From positions 67,318 to 131,317 of the forward strand of contig JANQQK010000028.1 of assembly GCA_028289375.1 (NCBI GenBank): DNA of 64,000 nt. Reading direction: 5' to 3'. Of the stretch, positions 18,052 through 26,803 are shown piece after piece. Source of the stretch: Phycisphaerae bacterium (GTDB taxonomy: Bacteria; Planctomycetota; Phycisphaerae; UBA1845). The notes under the pieces are model-generated. The model saw only the letters and a list, made by a program, of their open reading frames with translations. It was not told the origin of the DNA and did not search any database. A program made the position numbers and the translations under genes. Within the stretch, counting starts at the first letter, position 1; each line of letters opens with the position of its first letter.

Positions 18052-18077
18052 GTCAGGTCAAGCGAAGCGGACCTGAC
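18052..18077. repeat. REP-like hairpin variant
   Basis: GTCAGGTC-N10-GACCTGAC preceded by CGTAG, related to the GTAGGGCAGGTG family. It lies 42 nt after the stop at 18010. Confidence 0.55.
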
Positions 18078-18119
18078 GATTCTCGTCCCACGCAATCACC
18101 ACCCACCATCCAAACCAAT

Positions 18120-18199
18120 GTCCCACCACGCCAACCCCTCGTAGCCACCCCGTACACCCCTGATCAAACAAGAATTTTTCCTTCGATCATCCACCACGT
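18120..18199 (+). repeat. conserved 80-nt intergenic element, copy B
   Basis: 69/80 identity to 4527-4606, same strand, no gaps. Confidence 0.7.
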
Positions 18200-18366
18200 T
18201 CAATAGGGTGGACGGACGCGCAACACCAAAACAAGCGCGAACCACGACCGCCCCAGACCGGCCACACCCGTCCACGCCGGCAGGACAGCGCACCATGCAC
18301 CGCGCCATCCGACATCTCAGACAGGTCAAGCACATCGCACAACGATTCTACGCCCAAATCAAACGT

Positions 18367-19623
18367 CTATTCCGAAATGCAGTACAAATGATCGCGCCCG
18401 CGAAGGTACAACTCCCCACCCACAATCGCCGGCGACGCATCAAACCCGTCATCCAACGTGTTCACCGAAACAACCTCAAATGCAGGTCCCTTCTTCAGCA
18501 CGACCACGTTCCCGTCACGACCCGTCACATACACGTGATCCGCCGCCCCGACCATCGACGCGTAAACACCCTTGATCTCCGGCAGCCGCTCCATCGGAAA
18601 GAACGGACTCCCCGTCTCGCTGCTGATGCACGAAAGCATCCCGTTGTTCCGCTTCAGGAAGTACAGGTACTTCCCATACAAAAGCCCCGTCGGGACGTAG
18701 GGTGTGTCCTGCTCATACCGAAACACGATCCGGTCACTGCCAGCCAGATCCCCCTTCGCCCCGCGGTACTTGATCGCAAACAAGGCGTTCCCGCGAAACC
18801 CGGTCATGACGTAGAGAAGCTCGTTCGTAAAAAACGGCGTCGGCACGGCGTTCAGCGTCATCCCGCCGACATGCCACACCTCGTCACCGTTGGCCACGTC
18901 GTATGCCCGGATGGTCGTCGCGTTCACGACGGCCAACTTCCGACCACCGTCTTCGATGATCACCGGCGTCGACCACGTTGTGGCTTCGACGCGCGGCTTG
19001 CGCCAGATCTCACGCCCCGTTTTCTTTTCCATCGCCACGATGAACGAATCCCCTTCGTGGTCCCAGTTGATGATCACGCGATCGTCAGCGATGGCAGCCG
19101 AACTGCCCTCCCCGAAACCCCGCCGCGTGCGCATGTCGCCAAGGTCTGTGCTCCACAGCACCTTGCCGCTCATGTCCAGACCGAAGATACCGCGCGATCC
19201 AAAGTGCGCGATGATGACCTCGCCGTCCGTTACCGGCGATGCCGATGCCTGACTCGCATCGCGATGCCCACGCTCGTGCGGCACGTCCTCGACGAGCATC
19301 TTCTCCCAGACCGTCGATCCATCCGTGCGATCGATCGCCAAAATGCTGAACTTGTACTTATCCCCCGCACCGGGCGCAGCCGTCTGCACGTAGACGCGAT
19401 TTTTCCAGACGATCGGCGACGCGTGGGCCAATCCCGGAATGGCCTTCTTCCACTTCACGTTTTTGGTTTCCGACCACTCCGTCGGCGGATTTCCCTGCGG
19501 CGCGACGCCGGTGCCCATCGGCCCGCGCCATTGAGGCCAATACTTCTCATTCTCGCCCGCCGTTGTTGCCAACGTCATGACACCAACCAACACCGCACAT
19601 GCAATCGTGTTCTTCATCGCCAT
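18367..19623 (-). CDS. PQQ-like beta-propeller repeat protein, secreted
   Basis: Signal peptide MAMKNTIACAVLVGVMTLATTAG, then YWPQWRGPMGTG and repeated propeller blades. The long plus-strand ORF 18208-20436 is its antisense shadow. Confidence 0.85.
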   Translation of the reverse strand: MAMKNTIACAVLVGVMTLATTAGENEKYWPQWRGPMGTGVAPQGNPPTEWSETKNVKWKKAIPGLAHASPIVWKNRVYVQTAAPGAGDKYKFSILAIDRTDGSTVWEKMLVEDVPHERGHRDASQASASPVTDGEVIIAHFGSRGIFGLDMSGKVLWSTDLGDMRTRRGFGEGSSAAIADDRVIINWDHEGDSFIVAMEKKTGREIWRKPRVEATTWSTPVIIEDGGRKLAVVNATTIRAYDVANGDEVWHVGGMTLNAVPTPFFTNELLYVMTGFRGNALFAIKYRGAKGDLAGSDRIVFRYEQDTPYVPTGLLYGKYLYFLKRNNGMLSCISSETGSPFFPMERLPEIKGVYASMVGAADHVYVTGRDGNVVVLKKGPAFEVVSVNTLDDGFDASPAIVGGELYLRGRDHLYCISE

Positions 19624-19647
19624 CCCTTTGCTTTCAGTTCGATCGGT

Positions 19648-20433
19648 TCAGGACGAAACCCAGTTTGGCTTGCGCTTTTCCAGGAACGCCTTCATCCCTT
19701 CCTGTCCCTCATCCGAAATACGCCGCTTGGCAATCCGCTGCGTCGTCAGTTCGGTCAGCTTGTCCCACATGAAGCCCTGCACGTCCCGCAGCACGGCTTT
19801 GCTGGCCGCCACCGCCAACGGTCCCGCCGACTTGATGGCTTTGCAGATGTCCGCGATCTTCGCGTCCATCGCCTCGACCGTGTCAGCCGTGTCGGAAACG
19901 AGCGCGATCCGCTTCGCCTCCGTCGCGTCGAAACGTTCCGCCGTGACGCCATAGCGCCGCGAGTGCGTTGTGCCGATTTTTTCAATGACGTACGGCGAAA
20001 TGACGGCCGGTATGATCCCCAGTTTCACCTCGCTCAGGCAGAAGACCGCCGAGTCCAGCGCGATGGCCATGTCGGACGCGGCAATCAACCCGACGCCACC
20101 GCCATAGGCAGCGCCATGTACGCGGGCGATGACCGGTTTGGGGCAATCGTGAATCGTCTGCAGCATCTTCGCCATCGTGGTTGCATCCGCCACGTTCTCC
20201 TCAAACGAATAGTCCACCATCCGTTTCATCCAGTGAAGATCGGCACCAGCGGAAAACGACTTGCCTTCCGACGCCATGACGACCGCACGCACGCTGTCGT
20301 CGCCCGCAGCCCGCTCGAACGCCGCCGTCACCTCGTCGATCACGACCTCGTTGAACGCGTTGTGCAGTTCAGGCCGTTCGATCGTCACCCGCGCCACCGC
20401 GTCCGCCACCGCATACTGCACGAATTCCGCCAT
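19648..20433 (-). CDS. enoyl-CoA hydratase/isomerase family protein (methylglutaconyl-CoA hydratase-like)
   Basis: MAEFVQYAVADAVARVTIERPELHNAFNE..., FSAGADL, VHGAAYGGGVGL crotonase motifs. ATG 20433 chosen over the longer track ORF. Confidence 0.85.
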   Translation of the reverse strand: MAEFVQYAVADAVARVTIERPELHNAFNEVVIDEVTAAFERAAGDDSVRAVVMASEGKSFSAGADLHWMKRMVDYSFEENVADATTMAKMLQTIHDCPKPVIARVHGAAYGGGVGLIAASDMAIALDSAVFCLSEVKLGIIPAVISPYVIEKIGTTHSRRYGVTAERFDATEAKRIALVSDTADTVEAMDAKIADICKAIKSAGPLAVAASKAVLRDVQGFMWDKLTELTTQRIAKRRISDEGQEGMKAFLEKRKPNWVSS

Positions 20434-20663
20434 TGATCTCGCCACCTTTTCCTGTTGCGGTTTGCCGTTTCCCAATGCCACTGGTGCAAGAGTATACCGC
20501 CGATCGCTCGTCATCACGAATCATGACATTGCAGGATGATGGTCCGACGTGGCGTGCGTGTTCGGGCTGACGAATCTGCCGACAGCCTCTCTCTGCGCAC
20601 CGACCAAGCAGTAACCAACGGGGCAAGCAGTCTTGAACTCGCGCGTGTTGGGGACTGTTGGCA

Positions 20664-21146
20664 TCACAGCTGGGCGGGACGAAGAGCGTCGGTGTTGAAC
20701 TTGACGGCGATGACGCGGCCCTTGGCGCATACCTGACCCTCGACGGCGACGTCGATGTCGACGATGACCTTGCGTGGGCCGACTTCGGCGATGCATCCGC
20801 GTGCTTCGAGCGACGGGCCGAGGGGCGTTGGGCGCAGGAAGTCGACCTTCAGCGAGGCGGTGACGAAGCGCAGGGGCGGATCGCTGCCTGGGTCGCGCTG
20901 CTCTGCGCGGTACATGGCCAATGCGGCGGATCCGGTTCCGTGGCAGTCGATCAGCGAGGCGATCAGTCCGCCGTAGACGTAGCCTGGTACGGCGATGTGT
21001 TCGGGGCGTGGTGTGAGGATGGCACATGTTTCATCACCGTCCCATGTGCTCTTGATGTGCAGTCCCTGCGTGTTCAAACGTCCGCAGCCATAGCAGTGTG
21101 CGACGTCGTCGGGGTAGTGGTGCTGTACGGGCGTGTGGTCGGTCAT
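20664..21146 (-). CDS. PaaI/hotdog-fold thioesterase
   Basis: HCYGCG near the N-terminus and GYVYGGLIASLIDCHGTGSAALAM as the hotdog core. Start uncertain: ATG 21146, or upstream as far as 21359. Confidence 0.7.
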   Translation of the reverse strand: MTDHTPVQHHYPDDVAHCYGCGRLNTQGLHIKSTWDGDETCAILTPRPEHIAVPGYVYGGLIASLIDCHGTGSAALAMYRAEQRDPGSDPPLRFVTASLKVDFLRPTPLGPSLEARGCIAEVGPRKVIVDIDVAVEGQVCAKGRVIAVKFNTDALRPAQL

Positions 21147-21820
21147 TTCCGATTTTCCTTGACTGAACGGCATCGGATCGCGCGTCGCATGCACGTTGGT
21201 GATCACGTTTGCGTGGCCCGCTGTGCCAGGATGGGGCAGCTTACCGACGGCGTCGGTCGGGTGGAAGCAGACAACCTCACCGGCGGTTGGAGCCGTTGTG
21301 GATTGCATGATTTTGGTGTGTGAATGGGGCCGTAGCCGCGTCTGCGCCAGTTGACCCATGGGGTTTGCGAAATCACGCGGGGCAATGTGGGTAAGTGTGG
21401 AGTTGCAGTTCGGTACGAATGCGCGTCGTTCGTTCGGTGCCGATTGGGGTGGAGCTTCGGGTGTGGTGGGTGTGCTGATTTGGTGTACGTCAGGAATTGG
21501 CGGAGTCGGCGACTGCGTGGCTGTTGATGACGGTCTGGTGGCTTGGTCGGAAAATCGTTCGAATCGGCTGGGTGCGAGAAGCGGTGTGAATCACCATATC
21601 CGTCTAAGAACGTCGGTTTCTTGAAGGGCTGGCCGATGCTTGTGGTGTGGCATGAATCGGGCACTCGGTTCTCGGTGGCAGTGGCACGGAACTTGCAGCG
21701 GAATTGGCGGAGCCAGGGATAATCTGCAACGATCGGCGTTGGTGTGGTGGAGGACGTGTGTCTTCATCAGGGTTCCGGCTGGCATTCTTCTGACGGGCCG
21801 TTGATTTGGAGTGACGAGCG

Positions 21821-23527
21821 ATGCGTCGTAGTTACGAGCATGGTGGCGGGGATTACGGATTTCTGGGCGAGACGATCGGGCGATGTCTTGATCGCGTGGC
21901 TGACGCGTATCCGGATCAGCCTGCGGTGATTTCGCGCGAGCAGGATGTGCGGTTCAGCTATCGCGAGTTTCGCGGGGTCGTGGATCGGGCGGCGAAGGCG
22001 TTTCTGAGACTTGGCATTGAGCGGGGGGATCGTGTGGCGATCTGGTCCACGAACAACTACGAGTGGATCACGGCGCAGTACGCGACGGCGAAGATCGGGG
22101 CTGTTCTGGTCAATGTGAACCCGGCCTATCGCACGCATGAGCTTGAGTACGTTCTGCGGCAGTCGCGGGCGAAGGTGTTGCTGCTGATCGAGTCGTTCAA
22201 GAGTTCGAACTACGTTGAGATGTTCTACGAGGTGTGTCCGGAGGCAAAGGACTGCGATCCGGGACACATTGATTCGTGGCGGTTTCCGGAACTAAAGAGT
22301 GTTGTGTTCATAGGCAGGGATGAACACCCGGGGATGTTCACGCGGCGTGCGTTTGCTGAGTTGGGCGATGAGTTGCCGGACGAGCCGCTGGATGAGCGGC
22401 GTGCGGCGTTGGACATGGACGATGTGATCAACATTCAGTACACGTCCGGGACGACGGGTTTTCCGAAGGGCGTGCAGCTTACGCACCACAATATCCTGAA
22501 CAACGCGTTGCACATCGGCGAGGTGATGAGCCTGACGGAAAAGGATCGCGTTTGTGTGCCGGTGCCGTTTTATCACTGTTTTGGCATGGTGGTGTCGAAT
22601 CTGGCTGCGATGACGCATGGTGCGGCGGTGGTGATTCCGGGGCCTGCGTTTGATGTGATGGGGACGCTCTCGGCGGTTCAGGAAGAGCGGTGCACGGTGC
22701 TGCATGGTGTGCCGACGATGTTCATCGCGGAGCTGGACCATCCGGAGTTTGCGTCGTTTGATCTCTCGACGTTGCGGACTGGGATCATGGCGGGTGCTCC
22801 CTGTCCGATTGAGTTGATGCGTCGTGTTGTGGAGCGGATGCACCTGAAGGAGATCCTGATCGGTTATGGACAGACGGAAGCATCGCCGATCACGACGTTG
22901 ACGCGACCGAATGACCCTTTGGAACGCCGGGTGAGCACCGTTGGGACGATCATGGCCCATCAGGAGTTGAAAATCGTCGATCCGATGACGGGGGCGACGG
23001 TAGGTCGGAACGTGCAGGGTGAGATTTGCACGCGCGGGTACAACATCATGCGCGGGTATGACAACGACCCGGATGCGACTGCTGAGGCGATTGATGAGAA
23101 CGGGTGGCTTCATTCGGGCGATCTCGGCGAGATGGATGATGAGGGGTATGTGAAGGTGACGGGGCGAATCAAGGACATGGTGATTCGGGGCGGAGAGAAT
23201 TTGTACCCGCGCGAGATCGAGGAGTTCCTGTACACGCTGGATGCGATCGCCGACGCGCATGTTGTGGGCGTTCCCGATGAGAAGTACGGCGAGGAGCTAC
23301 TGGCGTGCGTGAAGTTGAGCGCTGATTCCGCCGCGAGTGCGCCGACGCCTGAGCAGTTCCGGGAGATGTGCAAGGGGAAGGTTGCGCACTTCAAGATTCC
23401 GCGTTACTGGATGGTCGTGGAGGAGTTTCCCATGACCGTGACGGGCAAGATCCAGAAGTTCAAGATTCGCGAGATGGGTATCCGACAGTTTGATCTGCAA
23501 TCTTCGTCGACGGTTCACTCGGCGTAG
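21821..23527 (+). CDS. AMP-dependent acyl-CoA synthetase/ligase
   Basis: IQYTSGTTGFPKGVQLTH (AMP-binding motif I), GYGQTEASP, LHSGDLGEMDDEGYVKVTGRIKD, and C-terminal GKIQKF. Confidence 0.9.
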   Translation: MRRSYEHGGGDYGFLGETIGRCLDRVADAYPDQPAVISREQDVRFSYREFRGVVDRAAKAFLRLGIERGDRVAIWSTNNYEWITAQYATAKIGAVLVNVNPAYRTHELEYVLRQSRAKVLLLIESFKSSNYVEMFYEVCPEAKDCDPGHIDSWRFPELKSVVFIGRDEHPGMFTRRAFAELGDELPDEPLDERRAALDMDDVINIQYTSGTTGFPKGVQLTHHNILNNALHIGEVMSLTEKDRVCVPVPFYHCFGMVVSNLAAMTHGAAVVIPGPAFDVMGTLSAVQEERCTVLHGVPTMFIAELDHPEFASFDLSTLRTGIMAGAPCPIELMRRVVERMHLKEILIGYGQTEASPITTLTRPNDPLERRVSTVGTIMAHQELKIVDPMTGATVGRNVQGEICTRGYNIMRGYDNDPDATAEAIDENGWLHSGDLGEMDDEGYVKVTGRIKDMVIRGGENLYPREIEEFLYTLDAIADAHVVGVPDEKYGEELLACVKLSADSAASAPTPEQFREMCKGKVAHFKIPRYWMVVEEFPMTVTGKIQKFKIREMGIRQFDLQSSSTVHSA

Positions 23528-23594
23528 CGGTGGTGCGGGTGGCGGGGCGGAATTGCGCGGCGTCTCGCGCGTTTGTGGCGCCTTCCCTTGATTC

Positions 23595-24482
23595 TCAGCC
23601 TGCAAGCGCGGTTTGTAGACTGGCGAAATCGATCAGGTCGACGTCGTTGTCTGCATCGAAATCGACGGGGCTGCATTCCGGTGGGGCTTCGTCGTTTGGG
23701 GCGCTGACGCAGGACGTGAAGCAGGCGTAGTCGAACAGGTCCAGGTCGCCATCTCCGTCGCAGTCGCCTGGAGCGCCTGCCGCATCGATGAGCACATCGT
23801 CGACGTACCACTTATCCGAGAAGCCAATGAACGGTCCCCACGGGGTGAACCGGACCATGAGGAAGTCGCCGTAGCCGTCTGCGGGAAGTTCATGCTCGTG
23901 GTGGTCGAACGTGCTGTCGGAGACGCCATCGGAGATGATGTCCTGCAGGATGCGCCATTGGAATGCGTTTGAATCGAAGTACTCGACACAAAGGCGTTTT
24001 CCAGATTCGACGCCGCGGTGGTTGGTCCAGTAGGAGATGGTGGTTGGGGAGTCGGCGGTCAGCATGATGGTGCGCATGGTGTCGTATTCGTTGAGTTGTG
24101 CGGAGCGGGTGGGGCTTGGTTCGATGCCCCCGACGGTGCTTGAGGTTATGCCGCTGATTTGGCCTCGATAGGTAGCGGGACTGGCTGGTGTGACGGTTCG
24201 GCGTCCGGTTCTGTCTGCGCGGTGGACGCGGAACCCCGGTGCGCGGAGGTTGTGAGGGTAGAGGATGATGCGTTGGTTGGATTGGCCGATGATGGCGTCG
24301 AATGACCATGGGGATGCATGGTCTGTGGGCAATGCGATTTCGAGCATGACGTGGTCATCGGTACGGGGGAGTTGGCTGAGCCTGTCGCGGGCCATGTCTT
24401 GGGCGGTGGCGGACGATGTGCACAGGGCGATGACGGTAATGAGTTGGATGCGTGATGATTGGCTTGGATTTGGCGTGTGCAT
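23595..24482 (-). CDS. secreted protein with C-terminal dockerin-like double Asp-loop module
   Basis: ATG 24482 after AAAGGAAA. Signal peptide MHTPNPSQSSRIQLITVIALCTSSATA. C-terminus GDCDGDGDLDLFDYACF...DFDADNDVDLIDFASLQTALAG. Confidence 0.7.
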   Translation of the reverse strand: MHTPNPSQSSRIQLITVIALCTSSATAQDMARDRLSQLPRTDDHVMLEIALPTDHASPWSFDAIIGQSNQRIILYPHNLRAPGFRVHRADRTGRRTVTPASPATYRGQISGITSSTVGGIEPSPTRSAQLNEYDTMRTIMLTADSPTTISYWTNHRGVESGKRLCVEYFDSNAFQWRILQDIISDGVSDSTFDHHEHELPADGYGDFLMVRFTPWGPFIGFSDKWYVDDVLIDAAGAPGDCDGDGDLDLFDYACFTSCVSAPNDEAPPECSPVDFDADNDVDLIDFASLQTALAG

Positions 24483-24649
24483 GGTCGGATTTCCTTTGAA
24501 TCCCATCCGACCTTCCTGCCACTATCGCGAGCGGCGTGGGGGAACTCAACCTTGTCGCCTTGCTTCTGTTACGTCTGCAGGTACTGGCCGGTTTTCTTCC
24601 ATTGTCGTCTGATCTTGACTTGTGCGGGGGTAGATCGTACACTTCGGGT

Positions 24650-24703
24650 ATGAGTGATAAGCACGTCAACGCAGCGACGTTTTGGTGGTGGCCCGGGTTA
24701 TAG
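24650..24703 (+). CDS. trpL: candidate trp leader peptide MSDKHVNAATFWWWPGL
   Basis: 17-codon ORF with TGG TGG TGG at 24683-24691, located 128 nt upstream of trpE and followed by alternative hairpins and a terminator. No strong SD. Confidence 0.65.
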   Translation: MSDKHVNAATFWWWPGL

Positions 24704-24830
24704 GGTGGGCCACGCGCGTTTTCGTGCGATCATGAACACAGATGGACCCACCTCCGAGTTGATCGGACGTGGGTTTTTTCGTTGTTTGGCCAAATCCCAC
24801 CGATCAGGCGGAGGTTGATCGGAGCAGGAG
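24683..24830 (+). promoter_or_regulatory. trp attenuator RNA: 1:2, 2:3 (antiterminator) and 3:4 (terminator) helices, plus a hairpin overlapping the trpE SD
   Basis: 1:2 is 24688-24694 with 24707-24713. 2:3 is 24703-24709 with 24747-24753. 3:4 is 24746-24757 with 24763-24774. CCGATCA/TGATCGG at 24800-24822 touches GGAG 24821-24824. Confidence 0.6.
24746..24779 (+). terminator. intrinsic terminator of the trp leader
   Basis: ACCCACCTCCGA-GTTGA-TCGGACGTGGGT (11 of 12 positions pair) is followed by TTTTTT, 52 nt before the trpE ATG. Confidence 0.7.
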
Positions 24831-26213
24831 ATGGCCACTTTTTTTGACATTCCGGCGGACCTGGACACACCGGTCTCGGCGTTTTTGAAGCTTGGGCCGC
24901 TCAGCCCGCGTTTTCTGCTTGAATCGGTGGTAAATGGGGAATCGGTGGGGCGGTATTCGATCGTGGGTTTCGGTGCGTGCGACCGTATTCGCATCGACCG
25001 CGGTGGCGTCCATCGCAACGGGGAGAAGCTCCAGGACATATCCGACGCTGCGTCCGTCCTTGCAGGGTTGCGGGGCGCGCTTGAATCGGCACCGCGACTT
25101 GGGCCGGCGCCGCCTGATGTACCGTTTGTGGGCGGGCTTGTTGGATATTCGTCGTTTGAGCTGGCGCACCATCTCGAGGGATTGTCGATTCGGGGGGCGA
25201 ATGATGTTGATCTGTTGGCGGAGTATGTCGCACCGCGTTCGCTGCTCATTTTTGACCATACAACGCTGAGTATTGCGCTGCTGCATGCGGGTTCGGAAAG
25301 CGAGCATGCGTCGCTGCGTCGGGATGTGCTCGATCTGCTGCGTGGTCCGATTCCGAAGATCAAGACGGCGGGGGCGTTCGGCGTGGCAGAACCGAGTTTT
25401 GATCGGGCCGGTTTTGAGGATGCCGTTGCGGATGTGAAGGAGTTGATTCGCGCGGGCGAGGTGTATCAGCTCGTGCTGTCGACGCAGTTCCGACGGTCTT
25501 GCACGCTGCCGCCGATTCAGGTGTATCGAGCGTTGCGTCATCTCAATCCGTCGCCGTACATGTATTTGTTGAAGATGGATGAGCGGACGGTGGTCGGGTC
25601 TTCGCCGGAGGCGTTGGTGACACTCAATGGGCGTTCGGCGTCACTGCGACCGATTGCGGGGACGAGGCCTCGAGGCCGGGATGCTGCGGAAGATGCTGCT
25701 TTTGAGCATGATCTTCGTGATGATCCGAAGGAGATCGCGGAGCACATCATGCTGGTTGATCTGGCGCGGAACGATGTTGGACGGGTCGCGACACCGGGCA
25801 CGGTCAAAGTTGATCCGTATCAGACGGTCGAGCGGTACAGCCATGTCATGCACCTTGTGAGCGGTGTGAATGCGACGGTCGACGATTCGTTTGATGCGTT
25901 TGACTTGTTTGCAGCCACTTTTCCTGCGGGGACCGTCTCGGGTGCTCCGAAGATTCGTGCGATGGAACACATTTCGCGTTTGGAACCGGTTCCGCGTGGG
26001 CCGTATGCGGGCACCGTCGGGTACTTCGGACATGGTGACACGATGGATCAGGCGATCACGATTCGGACTCTGTTTTTCGAGCAGGACACGTGCGTGTATC
26101 AGGCGGGTGCGGGCATCGTGGCTGACAGTGTTCCGTCGAACGAGCATCAGGAAGTGTTGGCGAAGAGCGCGATCATGCAGGCGGCGTTGGAGCTGGCGGG
26201 AGGGTTGGAATGA
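24831..26213 (+). CDS. trpE: anthranilate synthase component I
   Basis: 460 aa. LNPSPYMYLL, GAGIVADSVP and overall chorismate-binding fold. ATGA overlap with trpG. Confidence 0.92.
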   Translation: MATFFDIPADLDTPVSAFLKLGPLSPRFLLESVVNGESVGRYSIVGFGACDRIRIDRGGVHRNGEKLQDISDAASVLAGLRGALESAPRLGPAPPDVPFVGGLVGYSSFELAHHLEGLSIRGANDVDLLAEYVAPRSLLIFDHTTLSIALLHAGSESEHASLRRDVLDLLRGPIPKIKTAGAFGVAEPSFDRAGFEDAVADVKELIRAGEVYQLVLSTQFRRSCTLPPIQVYRALRHLNPSPYMYLLKMDERTVVGSSPEALVTLNGRSASLRPIAGTRPRGRDAAEDAAFEHDLRDDPKEIAEHIMLVDLARNDVGRVATPGTVKVDPYQTVERYSHVMHLVSGVNATVDDSFDAFDLFAATFPAGTVSGAPKIRAMEHISRLEPVPRGPYAGTVGYFGHGDTMDQAITIRTLFFEQDTCVYQAGAGIVADSVPSNEHQEVLAKSAIMQAALELAGGLE

Positions 26214-26803
26214 CCACACGTGTGTTGCTTATCGATAACTATGATTCGTTCACGTTCAACCTGGTGCAGGCGTTTCGGATACTTGGTGCGGAGACGATCG
26301 TGCGTCGGAGCGATCAGATTCAGATTGACGATGTTGCGGCGGTTGAGCCGTCGCATCTGGTGATTTCGCCTGGGCCTGGGCGGCCTGAGGACGCTCATCA
26401 GTCGATGCCGTTGATTGCGTCGATGGCTGGGACGTTGCCGGTACTGGGCGTTTGCCTCGGCCATCAGGCGCTGGGTGCGGTTTTCGGTGCGACGGTTTCC
26501 CGGGCGGAGCATCTGATGCATGGGAAGTCGTCGATGATCTATCATGACTCGGGCACGATCTTTGCGGGGCTTCCCAATCCGTTTCCGGCTGGTCGTTACC
26601 ACTCGCTGTGCGTGCATCCTGATGACCTGCCGGATTGTTTCGCGGTGTCGGCGTACACGTCGGACGGGACGGTTATGGGCATTCGTCATCGTGAGTACCC
26701 GGCTGAGGGGATTCAGTTCCACCCTGAGAGCATTATGACGCCGGACGGGAACAGGCTGCTTGAGAATTTCCTGCGGCAGGTGATGGTTGGGGTTGGGACA
26801 TGA
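26210..26803 (+). CDS. trpG: anthranilate synthase component II (glutamine amidotransferase)
   Basis: LLIDNYDSFTFNLVQ, GVCLGHQALG, GIQFHPES triad motifs. Confidence 0.92.
   Translation: MTTRVLLIDNYDSFTFNLVQAFRILGAETIVRRSDQIQIDDVAAVEPSHLVISPGPGRPEDAHQSMPLIASMAGTLPVLGVCLGHQALGAVFGATVSRAEHLMHGKSSMIYHDSGTIFAGLPNPFPAGRYHSLCVHPDDLPDCFAVSAYTSDGTVMGIRHREYPAEGIQFHPESIMTPDGNRLLENFLRQVMVGVGT

Noticed and set aside
18208-20436. 742-aa plus-strand ORF, the longest in this part of the track
   Set aside because: It lies entirely antisense to two well-supported minus-strand genes (PQQ propeller and enoyl-CoA hydratase). It is extremely R/H/P-rich with no motifs. This is a typical shadow ORF of GC-rich DNA.
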